The notes under the pieces: model-generated
The model's input: the letters and a program-made list of their open reading frames with translations, nothing else
What the model was told of the DNA's origin: nothing
Database searches by the model: none
Origin: a virus
Taxonomy: Duplodnaviria > Caudoviricetes
Direction: 5' to 3' (one strand)
Length of the DNA: 40,427 nt
IMG/VR virus record: IMGVR_UViG_3300025513_000019
Span: 1 to 40,427 of that record
Program-made: the position numbers and the translations under genes
In this document: positions 25,097-35,900 of the stretch, one piece after another
Layout: each line of letters begins with the position of its first letter
How positions within the stretch are numbered: position 1 is the first letter of the stretch

Positions 25097-26782
25097 ATGT
25101 CCGGGTCGAACATATCAACTAGAAATCATTGCGTTATCCGAATAGGATCAACAGCTTCAAATCCTGAAGCTGCAGTAAATGATGTGGTTGCAGCCTTCGC
25201 AAACGAATTAAACTTTGGGACATATACAATTAATAACGCTGATTCTTTAAGTGATAGCTTCCAGCAAGGTGCAGTATTTAAACCAATAAGCACAACTGAA
25301 CTGTTAATTCAGCAATATGGCGAAACACCTTTCTATGAATCTGTTTCTACATTTAACACATACTTTGAAAATAGTGAAATAAAAAAATTAATTGCCGATA
25401 TTGAAAGATATCCAAATATCACAAAAAGAATTAACCAAAACCTTATCTTTACTCCTATTGAAGTAGCAGAATTTACAAGCAACTATCAATATGTACCTAT
25501 CACGCTTAAAAACCAAGCAAACACAATTACACCAAAGCTTTTAAACGAAGTAGAAGATTTTTATGGAAATAGTATTTCTGGCGGAGTACTTGATAGTTTT
25601 TGCTCTATTATGCCATCCGTGTTCGGTGCGATTGATGGCTTTTTTGACACTCTTAATGATATACAAAATTTTGTAAATGCAATTAAAAACTTTTCTCTAG
25701 CAGACTTATCGTTAAAGCTACTTATTGATAAAATTAAAGATCAAATAATAAGTGTAGTTGAAAGAGTTGTTGATAATGTAAAAAATATTATTGAAAATTT
25801 CAGTATAGAAAATATCATTAAAGAAGCTGCCACGTACTTTCAGCAAAATGTAATATTAAGATTTTATGATATTAAAGAAAAAGTATTAAACTTTTTTAGC
25901 CCGTCAAACATAGAAAGCTTTAAAAATAAAATAAAAGGTATAATCGAATATGCTCTTAATTTATTTAAAAACCCATCACTAGATGAAATACAATTTTTAA
26001 TATATCGCTTTTGTAATTTTGGTGCTCAAATAGAAAAAGGCATCAAAGGTCTTATAAATCCATTAACAGATTATACAAATAGTTATCAGTCTTCTTTAAA
26101 CGCATTAAAGTCAAGCTCAAATGTAAACACTGAACGTGCTATAAGAGCAGGCGCAATACGTGTTTCACCAGAGCAAAGATCAGCAGTAGTAAGTGCAGCG
26201 ACTGGTAATACAAGTGCACTTGAGCCGTTTGGCGGTGCAGGCGCTGATAGCACACCAATAACACAAGTTGAAACTGGCGACATTTCTCCACTTTCTGCAG
26301 AAGAACTTAACAGCGTTACAAAATATAATGAAGGTAAAGGGGATTCAAGAATTACATTTACCGGAGGTGCATTAAGACAAGCTATTACAAAAGAAGGTAA
26401 AAAACCACCTGCATGGCGCTGGGAAACTCAGTCAATGGCATCGCGTGTTAAGGTTATGAGAATACAAAAAAGGTTTGGTAAACAATTAATAATGACCAGC
26501 TTAAGAAGAACTTATCAAGAACAGAAAGGCATATATAACCGTACTAAGGATAAGAGCAAAGTGGCCAAACCTGGAAACTCAAAGCACGAACAAGGTCATG
26601 CATATGATATACTATGGGCTGGTTACCCAGCAGGCCGCAAAGAATTTTTAAAAATTGCAGTGCAAGAAGGTATGGTTGGAATCGGTGGATATAGTGGTTT
26701 TGTTCATATAGACGAAGGGCACGCACGGTATTGGGGATCTGTAGACGGTGTAAATCCTCGCGATCCTGCAACTTATAGGTAA
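25097..26782 (+). CDS. Baseplate-region protein with C-terminal M15-family zinc peptidase
   Basis: TSLRR, VAKPGNSKHEQGHAYD (SxHxxGxAxD), GIG.Y..FVHID; helical N-terminal region. Confidence 0.8.
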   Translation: MSGSNISTRNHCVIRIGSTASNPEAAVNDVVAAFANELNFGTYTINNADSLSDSFQQGAVFKPISTTELLIQQYGETPFYESVSTFNTYFENSEIKKLIADIERYPNITKRINQNLIFTPIEVAEFTSNYQYVPITLKNQANTITPKLLNEVEDFYGNSISGGVLDSFCSIMPSVFGAIDGFFDTLNDIQNFVNAIKNFSLADLSLKLLIDKIKDQIISVVERVVDNVKNIIENFSIENIIKEAATYFQQNVILRFYDIKEKVLNFFSPSNIESFKNKIKGIIEYALNLFKNPSLDEIQFLIYRFCNFGAQIEKGIKGLINPLTDYTNSYQSSLNALKSSSNVNTERAIRAGAIRVSPEQRSAVVSAATGNTSALEPFGGAGADSTPITQVETGDISPLSAEELNSVTKYNEGKGDSRITFTGGALRQAITKEGKKPPAWRWETQSMASRVKVMRIQKRFGKQLIMTSLRRTYQEQKGIYNRTKDKSKVAKPGNSKHEQGHAYDILWAGYPAGRKEFLKIAVQEGMVGIGGYSGFVHIDEGHARYWGSVDGVNPRDPATYR

Positions 26783-26787
26783 AATAG

Positions 26788-27204
26788 ATGGTAGTACAAC
26801 TCATAACTCCAAGATTAAAAAAGCTGGACTTATATTCTGATCTTCATAAAGATTTGTCTGTAAATCCTATATCTGGGGATATTGCTTTAAAAAGAAACGA
26901 AGAAGCTGTTAAAGAATCAATAAAAAATCTTATTCTTACGGATAAGGGTGAAAGACTTATGCAGCCTCTTATCGGCGGTAATATTCGAGCAATGCTATTT
27001 GAAAATAATACACCCGCTGTAATCAAAATGATACAAGAGCAAATAAGAATTACAATCGAAACATACGAGCCACGGTGCGCACTTATTGATGTAAATGTGT
27101 TATCTTCATTGGATGATAATACCGTTAAAATAGATATATATTTTTACATAAATAATGTTGCAGACCCAATTGCACTTACCGTGTTTCTAGAGAGGACTAG
27201 ATAA
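26788..27204 (+). CDS. gp25: Baseplate wedge subunit
   Basis: YSDL, AVK.SIKNLILT.KGER...P..G..I..LFE, I..YEPR. Confidence 0.93.
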   Translation: MVVQLITPRLKKLDLYSDLHKDLSVNPISGDIALKRNEEAVKESIKNLILTDKGERLMQPLIGGNIRAMLFENNTPAVIKMIQEQIRITIETYEPRCALIDVNVLSSLDDNTVKIDIYFYINNVADPIALTVFLERTR

Positions 27205-27207
27205 GAT

Positions 27208-29004
27208 ATGGCTACCAAACCAATTAACGAGCTGGATTTTGCAACCATTAAGGATCAATTCATAGCGCACTTACAAAATCAAACTCAGTTTAAAGATTAT
27301 GATTTTACAGGGGCAAACATGAATGTCTTACTTGATGTTCTAGCCTACAATACGCACATGAATAATTTTTACACTAACATGGCAATTAACGAGATGTTTC
27401 TTGATTCTGCCATTATTAAAAATTCAGTTGTTTCACATGCAAAAGAATTAAATTATCTACCTCGGTCCAGAAAATCAGCAAAAGCCGTTGTAAATGTAAC
27501 ATTACGGGATCCGCTTGAAACCGCTTCGGTGATTACTATACCAAGATTTACGGAATTTACAGCCAGTTTCCAACGCAGTAGCTATACATTCATTACAGAT
27601 CAATCTTATATTGCTAAAAAGACAGCAGCAGGAGTTTTTGTAGCAACAGATGTTGAAATATTCGAAGGATATATATTAGGCGAGTTTGAAAAAGACGGGT
27701 TTTTTGTTGATGAAACAAATTCTTTAAAATGTAATTTAATAAACGATAACATCGATACAAATACTATTGAAGTATATGTTGACGATGAAGCTACTCTTGG
27801 AAAAAATCAGTTTTTCTATACAGCAGATATATTTGGTGTAACACCGACAAGCAAAGTTTTTTATCTTGAGCCACATTTTGATAATAGGTATTCTGTTTAT
27901 TTTGGTGGGAATGTATTCGGCGAACAGCCAAAAAGAGATATTGATGTAAAAATACAATATCGTGTATGTAATGGCACTGAGGTAAACGGAGCTAATTTGT
28001 TTGCAACTTCGTTTAAACCAAATACAACTGTAACAACAGTGTCCGTTGCGGCTGGTGGCGCCGAGCGCGAAACCTTAGATAATATAAAGTTTTTTGCACC
28101 GAAATCAATTCAAGTTCAAGAAAGAGCAATTACTGCGGGCGATTATAAAATTTTATTATCGCAAAGATTCCCGGAAATAAAAAGCGTATCAGCATACGGT
28201 GGTGATGAGTTAGATCCTCCTAGATATGGCCGAGTTGCGATTTCTGTAAACTTGCAAGGCGAAGGATTTTTATCAGAAACACGTAAAAACTCGTATTTAA
28301 GATATCTGGCTGATAAAACTCCACTTGCGATTGAACCTATATTCATTGATCCTGGATTTTTATATTCTGAAACTATCGTAGATGTAATTTATTCGAAAAA
28401 ATTCACAACAAAATCAACACAAGCACTTGAAACTTTAATAAGAGCAGAGATAGCCGATTATAATACTACAAACTTGGATGACTTTGGCGAAACATTAAGA
28501 GTTTCAAAACTAGCGTCTATCATAGATGGTATTGATGACGGAATATTAAGTAATAACGTTTGTGTAAATCCTATTATTGAATATGCGCCAGTTCTTAACT
28601 TAGAATTGAACCCAACATTTAAGTTTGCTACTCAGCTTATTAAACCGTATCCGTACGACGCAGTGGTTGGATTGACTGGATTTAAACCATCAATAACAAG
28701 TTCTGTGTTTACATATAAGGGGATCTTGTCCAAATTAATTGACGATGGCCTAGGAAACATGGCCATCGTTAATTCGATTGTAAATGCTAATAATTCAAAC
28801 CAAGCAATAATAAATCCTTCGATAGGTACGGTAAATTATGTTACAGGTGAAGTCAAATTAATTAAATTTGGCGTAGAAGCATTTTCAGGAAACGCAATTA
28901 AAATATATGCTGCGTCGATGACTCCTAATATTACAGCACCAAAAAATCGTGTTCTGTCTATTCGAAGCGAAGACATTAAAATTAATTTTGAAGAGTCAAG
29001 CTAA
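27208..29004 (+). CDS. gp6: Baseplate wedge subunit
   Basis: LDF..IK, FKDYDF.G....LLDVLAYNTH, NEMFLDSA, SHAKELNY.PRS, GG...E....IK..AP....Q.RA.T..DY. Confidence 0.95.
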   Translation: MATKPINELDFATIKDQFIAHLQNQTQFKDYDFTGANMNVLLDVLAYNTHMNNFYTNMAINEMFLDSAIIKNSVVSHAKELNYLPRSRKSAKAVVNVTLRDPLETASVITIPRFTEFTASFQRSSYTFITDQSYIAKKTAAGVFVATDVEIFEGYILGEFEKDGFFVDETNSLKCNLINDNIDTNTIEVYVDDEATLGKNQFFYTADIFGVTPTSKVFYLEPHFDNRYSVYFGGNVFGEQPKRDIDVKIQYRVCNGTEVNGANLFATSFKPNTTVTTVSVAAGGAERETLDNIKFFAPKSIQVQERAITAGDYKILLSQRFPEIKSVSAYGGDELDPPRYGRVAISVNLQGEGFLSETRKNSYLRYLADKTPLAIEPIFIDPGFLYSETIVDVIYSKKFTTKSTQALETLIRAEIADYNTTNLDDFGETLRVSKLASIIDGIDDGILSNNVCVNPIIEYAPVLNLELNPTFKFATQLIKPYPYDAVVGLTGFKPSITSSVFTYKGILSKLIDDGLGNMAIVNSIVNANNSNQAIINPSIGTVNYVTGEVKLIKFGVEAFSGNAIKIYAASMTPNITAPKNRVLSIRSEDIKINFEESS

Positions 29005-31151
29005 TGACAGTACCTGTAGATAAGTTAGTTTCATTTCATATTGAAAAACAATTCCCAGCGATATATCGTGAGGAAGGCCATGATCTTGTTCAGTTTGTAA
29101 AAGAATATTACAAATTTCTTGAGACTGACACAAACCAAGCGCTTTATAACGGCCGAAGATTGTTTGAATATAAAGATATAGATACTACACTTGACAGAAT
29201 GCTAATATTCTTTAAAAACAAATATCTTTCAGATCTCCCCTTTAACGATGCTACTGTTCGTATTATTGTGAAAAACATACTTGGGCTTTATCGCCGCAAA
29301 GGTTCTGAAGGTGGCTTGGAGTTATTCTTTAGACTTTTTTATAATGAATTTATTAAAGTATATTATCCAGCAAAAGATATATTTAAAGTGTCAGATTCCA
29401 ACTGGCAGGCTGGCACTTATCTTCAGTTGTTTCCAAACGCAGGTATATTTACGTCTGTAAATATCTTCACAGACGCCGATAACAAATTTCCATATAGAGA
29501 TATCGTTAACACACCTATCACCGGCGAAACATCTGGCGCGAAAGCAATAATTGACAAAATAAACTTTGTTATATTAAATAATTCGTTTATACCAATTATT
29601 TTTATTAACGATGTTCAAGGCACGTTTTTAGGGTTGGAAGGAATTACCGCCCGAATAAATGGTACACCTGTTAACTTTGGAATTGTAAACGGCTCTTTGG
29701 ATTCAATTAATATTAACGTCAAAGGACCAGGAGGAAACTCTGTTGGGGACACTGTTACGTTTAAGGGAGCTCCTGACGGAATTGGCGCTACAGGAAGAGT
29801 GTCTAAAGTACGCGATGACAACGCCGGCATAATTGAATACGAGGTTACAGATGGCGGGTGGGGTTACACGATAGAGTCAACTCATTTATATGTGTCAAAC
29901 CAAATTATCTTTTTAGAAAATATTCCAAGTAATTTTACCAAGCTAGAAACACTCGAGGACAATAATGGTAATAGGGGCACTGTTATAGACCAAGGTGATT
30001 TTTTTGTTGGTGTAAGAATGGATGCTGGCAACGAGTTTACCAATACATCTATTATTGATACAGTTGACAGATCTCCAAATATTGATATACAATCTTTATC
30101 AGGAGTAACTCTAAAAGTAACTCCGAGGAATGATAGTTCGCCAGGTGCTCTTTATCCTGAGACTACCAATTCCACGGATGTCATTGTCAGCGAGTTAGAG
30201 AATATAGAATCTATAGGTCTTATATTTGATATAATTGGAGATTTTGTGAACGTTGCACTTGACTCGTCTAACTATAACGTTATTCCGCCAGCAGCAACTT
30301 CAATGTCTGGAAACGTAAATCCAACAGATATCAATACTAGGTTAGATGTTGCATTTGATTTGACAAACGTTGATATTGGTTCTATTGTTGGTTTTAATAA
30401 CATAGATCAAGGCCTTAATTATTTTAATGAAGTTGTTACCTTTACACACGATTCGCGTTTATCTAATTTCGATAGGAAAAATCAATTAATCACATTGAAT
30501 TCTGTTCCTTCTACTTTAAGTGTAGGCGATGAAATAGACCAAGGTCTTATTAGCGGAAAGGTTGTAGCAATTAACAGTAATACTTTAACAGTAAGACCAT
30601 ACGCATATTACGGTTTTAATTCGTCAACACCAATTACATACGGCGGAATAAGCTTTCCAATTGTAGCCATATCTAAAGACTACAGTAGTAATATAATTGC
30701 AGGAAGTAATGCAATAACTGAACCAACGGTAATTTTTGAAGCTGGGATTATAGCAGAAGTGGAAATAGTAGATTCAGGATATAGTTATGTAGATAATACA
30801 CAGGCCGAAGTACTTAAAAACGGAGCTATAGTTTCTGGCGGAATTTTATCTGCCAAAGGCCAAGGAAAAACTGGTGGATTTTGGTCAACTTACAATTCGC
30901 ATCTTAATGGGTATAAAAATGTAAACGGCAATTTAGAATATTATAATTCGAATAAATATATACAAGACAGTAATTATTATCAAGAATATTCTTATGAAAT
31001 TCAATCTAAACTAAACCTTGAAAATTATGAGGAATCTCTTAAAGAAATTACCCATGTCGCTGGCACAAAGGTGTTTGCAAAATTTAATTTGGAAGAAATT
31101 ATATCTACACCAATATCAACCAAAATTGTTATTAATCGCTCTGAACAATGA
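29004..31151 (+). CDS. Baseplate wedge initiator, gp7-like
   Basis: FVKEYYKFLE, LYRRKGSE...LFFRLFY, IQDS.YYQEYSYEI.S, H.AG..VF; lies between gp6 and gp8. Confidence 0.75.
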   Translation: MTVPVDKLVSFHIEKQFPAIYREEGHDLVQFVKEYYKFLETDTNQALYNGRRLFEYKDIDTTLDRMLIFFKNKYLSDLPFNDATVRIIVKNILGLYRRKGSEGGLELFFRLFYNEFIKVYYPAKDIFKVSDSNWQAGTYLQLFPNAGIFTSVNIFTDADNKFPYRDIVNTPITGETSGAKAIIDKINFVILNNSFIPIIFINDVQGTFLGLEGITARINGTPVNFGIVNGSLDSININVKGPGGNSVGDTVTFKGAPDGIGATGRVSKVRDDNAGIIEYEVTDGGWGYTIESTHLYVSNQIIFLENIPSNFTKLETLEDNNGNRGTVIDQGDFFVGVRMDAGNEFTNTSIIDTVDRSPNIDIQSLSGVTLKVTPRNDSSPGALYPETTNSTDVIVSELENIESIGLIFDIIGDFVNVALDSSNYNVIPPAATSMSGNVNPTDINTRLDVAFDLTNVDIGSIVGFNNIDQGLNYFNEVVTFTHDSRLSNFDRKNQLITLNSVPSTLSVGDEIDQGLISGKVVAINSNTLTVRPYAYYGFNSSTPITYGGISFPIVAISKDYSSNIIAGSNAITEPTVIFEAGIIAEVEIVDSGYSYVDNTQAEVLKNGAIVSGGILSAKGQGKTGGFWSTYNSHLNGYKNVNGNLEYYNSNKYIQDSNYYQEYSYEIQSKLNLENYEESLKEITHVAGTKVFAKFNLEEIISTPISTKIVINRSEQ

Positions 31152-31168
31152 TAAGCAAGACTTTTTAT

Positions 31169-31176
31169 TATAAATA
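31169..31176 (+). promoter_or_regulatory. T4-type late promoter TATAAATA
   Basis: Exact match in the intergenic gap before gp8. Confidence 0.8.
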
Positions 31177-31201
31177 AATTAAAGAAAACACTGAGGAAAA
31201 A

Positions 31202-32902
31202 ATGACAATAATCACCAGCAATTATAGATCAGATACGGCACGTCTTTTTGTGGAAGATGTTGCGGCTAACGATTATTATCTTTTTACTTCAAGTATGTCA
31301 AATACTGCTGTAGAAAACACGGCAGTTTCAAAAAGATCTTTTTTAGAAAAAACTATCTTTGGAAAAAAATTACCAGTAAATAACGTATTTTACATAATAG
31401 AAAATAACACGTGGCAAGCAGGCACAGTTTACACGCAGTATGATGACGCAGCTGATTTGGCTGATGAAGATTATTATGTAACTGTTTACCCAGCAGATAA
31501 TGCAACTGGCGATTATAAAATTTACAAGTGTTTATTTAATAATTATGGCGGTGCATCAATAAATCCTCCGAATTATCAATCGTCTACTCCAGATCAAACC
31601 TATATTATGCCAGACGGTTACACCTGGAAATATATGTATTCTCTTTCTGTGTTAGAATTTGACAAGTATAATACTAGAGGCTATATACCAATTATAGATG
31701 TTTCTACGAATTATGCAAACAGTTCCGTGAGTAGTGCAAACAGCGCTGTAATTACAAGTAAAAGCTCGATTAACCAAATATTTATTGAAAACTTAAACCA
31801 AAACGGCGGGTATGAAAGTGTAATAGGTACTATTTTTCAAGTTTTAAGAGGATCAGTAAACGCAATTACAATTACGCCAAACACAGCAAATGCTTTGAAC
31901 GCAATTGGTAATTATTATTCAGGATATACTTTGTATGTTACGAACCAAAATACACGCTCGCAGACATATCAAGTTGACACATATACGTATGACCCAGTTA
32001 CAGGGCGGGCAACGATTACGCTAGTTGAAGGAACTCCAACCGACGGGGTTTTAATTGATACTGCAACATTTAATTTGCTTCCGAGAATTAAAATACAAGG
32101 TGATGGCACCGGCGCAGTAGGTATACCAAGCGTGGCCACTAACGGATCTATTTCTAGTGTAACAATATTAAACGCTGGTTCTGGTTATACGAATGCGACA
32201 GCCAAAGTTATTGACCCCTTTGCGTTTGATCCAAACTTGGCGGGTAGTTTAGATGTAAGAGTAACACTAAGGCCTATTCTTTCTCCTGCTGGAGGCCATG
32301 GAAAAAATTTAGTAGAAGAGCTCAGTTGTACTCGTGTTTTAGCATACACAAACCTTGACACAGTAGACAATACCTCAATTCCAATTACAAATACTTATGC
32401 TAGCATTGGTATTGTAAAAAATCCAGAATTTAAAGATTACTCGTATCCTACTGTTTTTGATAATAGAATAGAGTTGGCAGTAGACACAAACCCGTTTACA
32501 GTTAACGAAACTATTACGCAAATTGAAACTGTTAACACCGCTAGTGATTTCTTTGATGACGTTAGATTTAGTGCAAAGGTTCATGAGGTAACAGGCGATT
32601 TTATTTATCTAGCCGAATATTCTGGACCTTATCCAGACGATCAGGGCAGTAATGCAAATACAGATTTTAGTGACATATCTTTAGATATTACATTACCATT
32701 AACTACTTCTCAGGGCCAGAGAATTCAGATAAATACAGATAACAATCCAGTATATACTGGTGGTTATGATTCTGCATATCCAGGATTTAAGCTATCACCG
32801 TATGTCCAAAGGACTGGCGAAGTATACTATATGCACAGGTTTCTTCCTATTACTAGGACAGCGAGCTCAAATGAACAATATAAAATCATCCTTGAATTTT
32901 AA
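31202..32902 (+). CDS. gp8: Baseplate wedge subunit
   Basis: IITSNYR, W..GTVY..YD, YKCLFN, DGYTWKYMY, P..GHG, GIVKNP, PITR.....E..KIILEF. Confidence 0.85.
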   Translation: MTIITSNYRSDTARLFVEDVAANDYYLFTSSMSNTAVENTAVSKRSFLEKTIFGKKLPVNNVFYIIENNTWQAGTVYTQYDDAADLADEDYYVTVYPADNATGDYKIYKCLFNNYGGASINPPNYQSSTPDQTYIMPDGYTWKYMYSLSVLEFDKYNTRGYIPIIDVSTNYANSSVSSANSAVITSKSSINQIFIENLNQNGGYESVIGTIFQVLRGSVNAITITPNTANALNAIGNYYSGYTLYVTNQNTRSQTYQVDTYTYDPVTGRATITLVEGTPTDGVLIDTATFNLLPRIKIQGDGTGAVGIPSVATNGSISSVTILNAGSGYTNATAKVIDPFAFDPNLAGSLDVRVTLRPILSPAGGHGKNLVEELSCTRVLAYTNLDTVDNTSIPITNTYASIGIVKNPEFKDYSYPTVFDNRIELAVDTNPFTVNETITQIETVNTASDFFDDVRFSAKVHEVTGDFIYLAEYSGPYPDDQGSNANTDFSDISLDITLPLTTSQGQRIQINTDNNPVYTGGYDSAYPGFKLSPYVQRTGEVYYMHRFLPITRTASSNEQYKIILEF

Positions 32903-32913
32903 GAGAGAAAAAG

Positions 32914-35900
32914 ATGCCAATTAATACAGATCTTAATGTTGATCCATACTTTGATGATTACAACTTAGAGAAGCAATTTTACAAAATTCTCTTTAAGCCG
33001 TCATATCCTGTACAAGCTAGGGAACTCACGCAGTTACAGACTACTCTACAAAATCAAGTAGAACAATTTGGCGACAATATTTTTCAAGAAGGTTCTATTA
33101 TTAATGGCTGTAATTTTACAGAACTTAGTGATCTTAAGTTTGTTAAACTTGGTGATAAAACCGGTTTTAGTATTTCAGATTATGTTGGATTTGACGATAC
33201 TGTAACTGTCCTAGGTGAAGAATATGTGCGTACCAATTCTTATGAATTGCGTGGTGTAGTTTCAGGTATAAACGCGACTGTAGTTGCGGCTGCAGCTGGA
33301 TTTGAAACCAGAAATCCTAATTTAAATACGTTTTTTATTGACTATACATCGACTTCTGGGGTAAACAAGCAATTTCAAACTGGTGAACTTTTAGAAATCT
33401 ATAAAATAAGCACCGTTGAAGTTGGAGCAGGAATTAGCGCAACAGCAACATTAGTAGATTCTATTAACGTTACTTCTTTTGTTAATGCTGTTGGTAATTC
33501 CTTTGGTCTTCGCTCTGCGCCGGGTGTTACTTATCAGCGTGGCCATTTTTTATATGCTGAAGAACAATTAATTATTGTTTCTAAATACGATAACGTTCCT
33601 ACTGAAACTTCAATAGGTTACGAAGTTCAAGAGAAAATTATAAATTCGGATATAGACACATCACTTTTAGATAACGCTAACGGTTCGTTCAACCAAAATG
33701 CGCCTGGCGCAGACCGCCTAAAATTAATTCCAGTACTAAAATCTTTGACGAATGCACTAGCTGATGCCAATGCAGACTTTTTCTCATTAGTTAGATATTC
33801 AGACGGAAACCAAGTTGTTCTAAGAAACGTTTCGCAATATAATGTTATCGGTGATGAAATGGCTCGCCGCACATTCGAAGAATCTGGTGATTATACAGTA
33901 AGAGGATTTAAACCAAAACTAGTAAGAAAAAACGGTGTTCTTACTGCCACGATATCGCCGGGTTTGGCATATATAAAAGGTTATCGTGTTGAAACTTTAA
34001 GTGAAATTTTCAAACCAGTTGATGAAGTAGCTAACACATCAATAGGCGTAAGAACAAACCAACCAATTTCTTTTAACTATGGAGGATACGCAAAGACAGC
34101 GAATTCCTCAACGTCAGGCACAGTTAACCTCGGAACATTTGAAACTGTTCAACTAAAAGACGGGGGCGGTAATGCTGCTGGTACAGCAAGGGTTCGTAAT
34201 ATAACAAACGATAAGATATTCTTATTTGATATTCGTACTTTACCTGGGCAAACATTTTCAGATGTAGAAGAAGTAGTAGGATTAAGCGGATCTATACCAA
34301 TTAATGTTAATTCTGTAATTCAAGATGCTGGCAAATCGTCAATGATATTCGATAGCGGGATGGTAAGTCTTAATTCATTAAGTAACATTTCAATTCCTGT
34401 AAGAGCCCAAAAATCTCTATCAGGCCTGACTAGTACTACTGTTATATTATCTCCTGATAGTGGAGAAGACTTCGCTGTTAACAATGATGATGCGCTGTTT
34501 GTTGATGCCACTAACACAAAAATAGATATTTTAAATAATTCGCTAGCTGGATCGCTATTAAATTTAACATTGACCTCAACTCCTTCTGCAACTGCTACGC
34601 TCTATTATAACAAAAGAATTCAAAATGCTTCACCGTTTACAAAAACTTCTGAAACTCTTTATGTAAAATGTGATTTTGCAAATCCGCCAATAACATCTGC
34701 AAATTCAATATATAATTTAGGATTCCCAGATGTATACGAAATTGTAACAATCACAGATTCAGCTGGGAACGATGTTACAACCAGTTTCAAATTAAGAACA
34801 AACCAAAGAGATAATTTTTATGGTCATTCTTATATTGAGTTTAAACCAGGGCGCGTGATACCAGCACCTGGTGATATGACAGTTGAAATGAATGCCTTTA
34901 AGCTTGGAGATACAACTGGAAATTATTTCTTTAACATAAACAGCTATCCTGCTTCTGTTGCCACGAATAAGATACAGTCTTATATTTCAGCTGCAGGAGA
35001 TACATACAATCTCAGAGACTCTCTAGACTTTAGACCATACGTGGAACCATTATCACCGGCAACATACACAAACGCAGCCTTAGTTGGGACTGCACCATCA
35101 GTTAGTAATTCTGCAACTGGTGTAAACATTGCCCCTGTTTTTTCTAGTTCGTATGAAATTCTTACTCCTTCACTCAATCAGTCCGCGGATGTTGATTATC
35201 AATATTATTTTTCAAGAAAAGATATAGTTGTTATAGATTCTTTTTCAAGAATTTCAATTGTCAAAGGAACTGAATCAGAAAATCCATTTCCTGAAACTAC
35301 TCCTAAAGACCAATTAAAAATCGCCGAGATTTTTGTCCCAGGAAAACCTGCTCTTTCCCCGGCCGAGGCATACGTGCAAGATAGAATTGATTATTCCGCA
35401 ACAGTCAAACAAAAAGGTACTCGCGGATATAACATGAAAGCTATAGAAAATATAGAGCAAAAAGTAGATCAGTTGCGATATTATGTTCTCTTAAGTACAT
35501 TAGAAGCAGACACCAAAAATTTAAATATTACTGACGAAAACGGCTTGAGTAGATTTAAAAATGGTATTATTGTAGATCCGTTTAATGACCTTAGCATTGC
35601 AAATTTGGAAAATACAGAATATAACGCGGCCATTGATTTTACAGAAAAATCACTTATGCCTTCTGTAAAATCGTTTCCAATTAACCTAAAGCTTAAAACT
35701 ATTACGAATGCAACGGTATTTCCAAATGCAACGAATCCTGTTCTTGGATCTTTACAAAGAGATTCCGACGTTGAAATTATATCTCAGCCGTATGCAACAG
35801 CATTTAGAAACTGTGTAAGTAGTTTTTATAATTACATTGGCACAGGCGCCTTATCACCTGAATACGACGCACTATACGACACAGTTACAAATCCTTTAAA

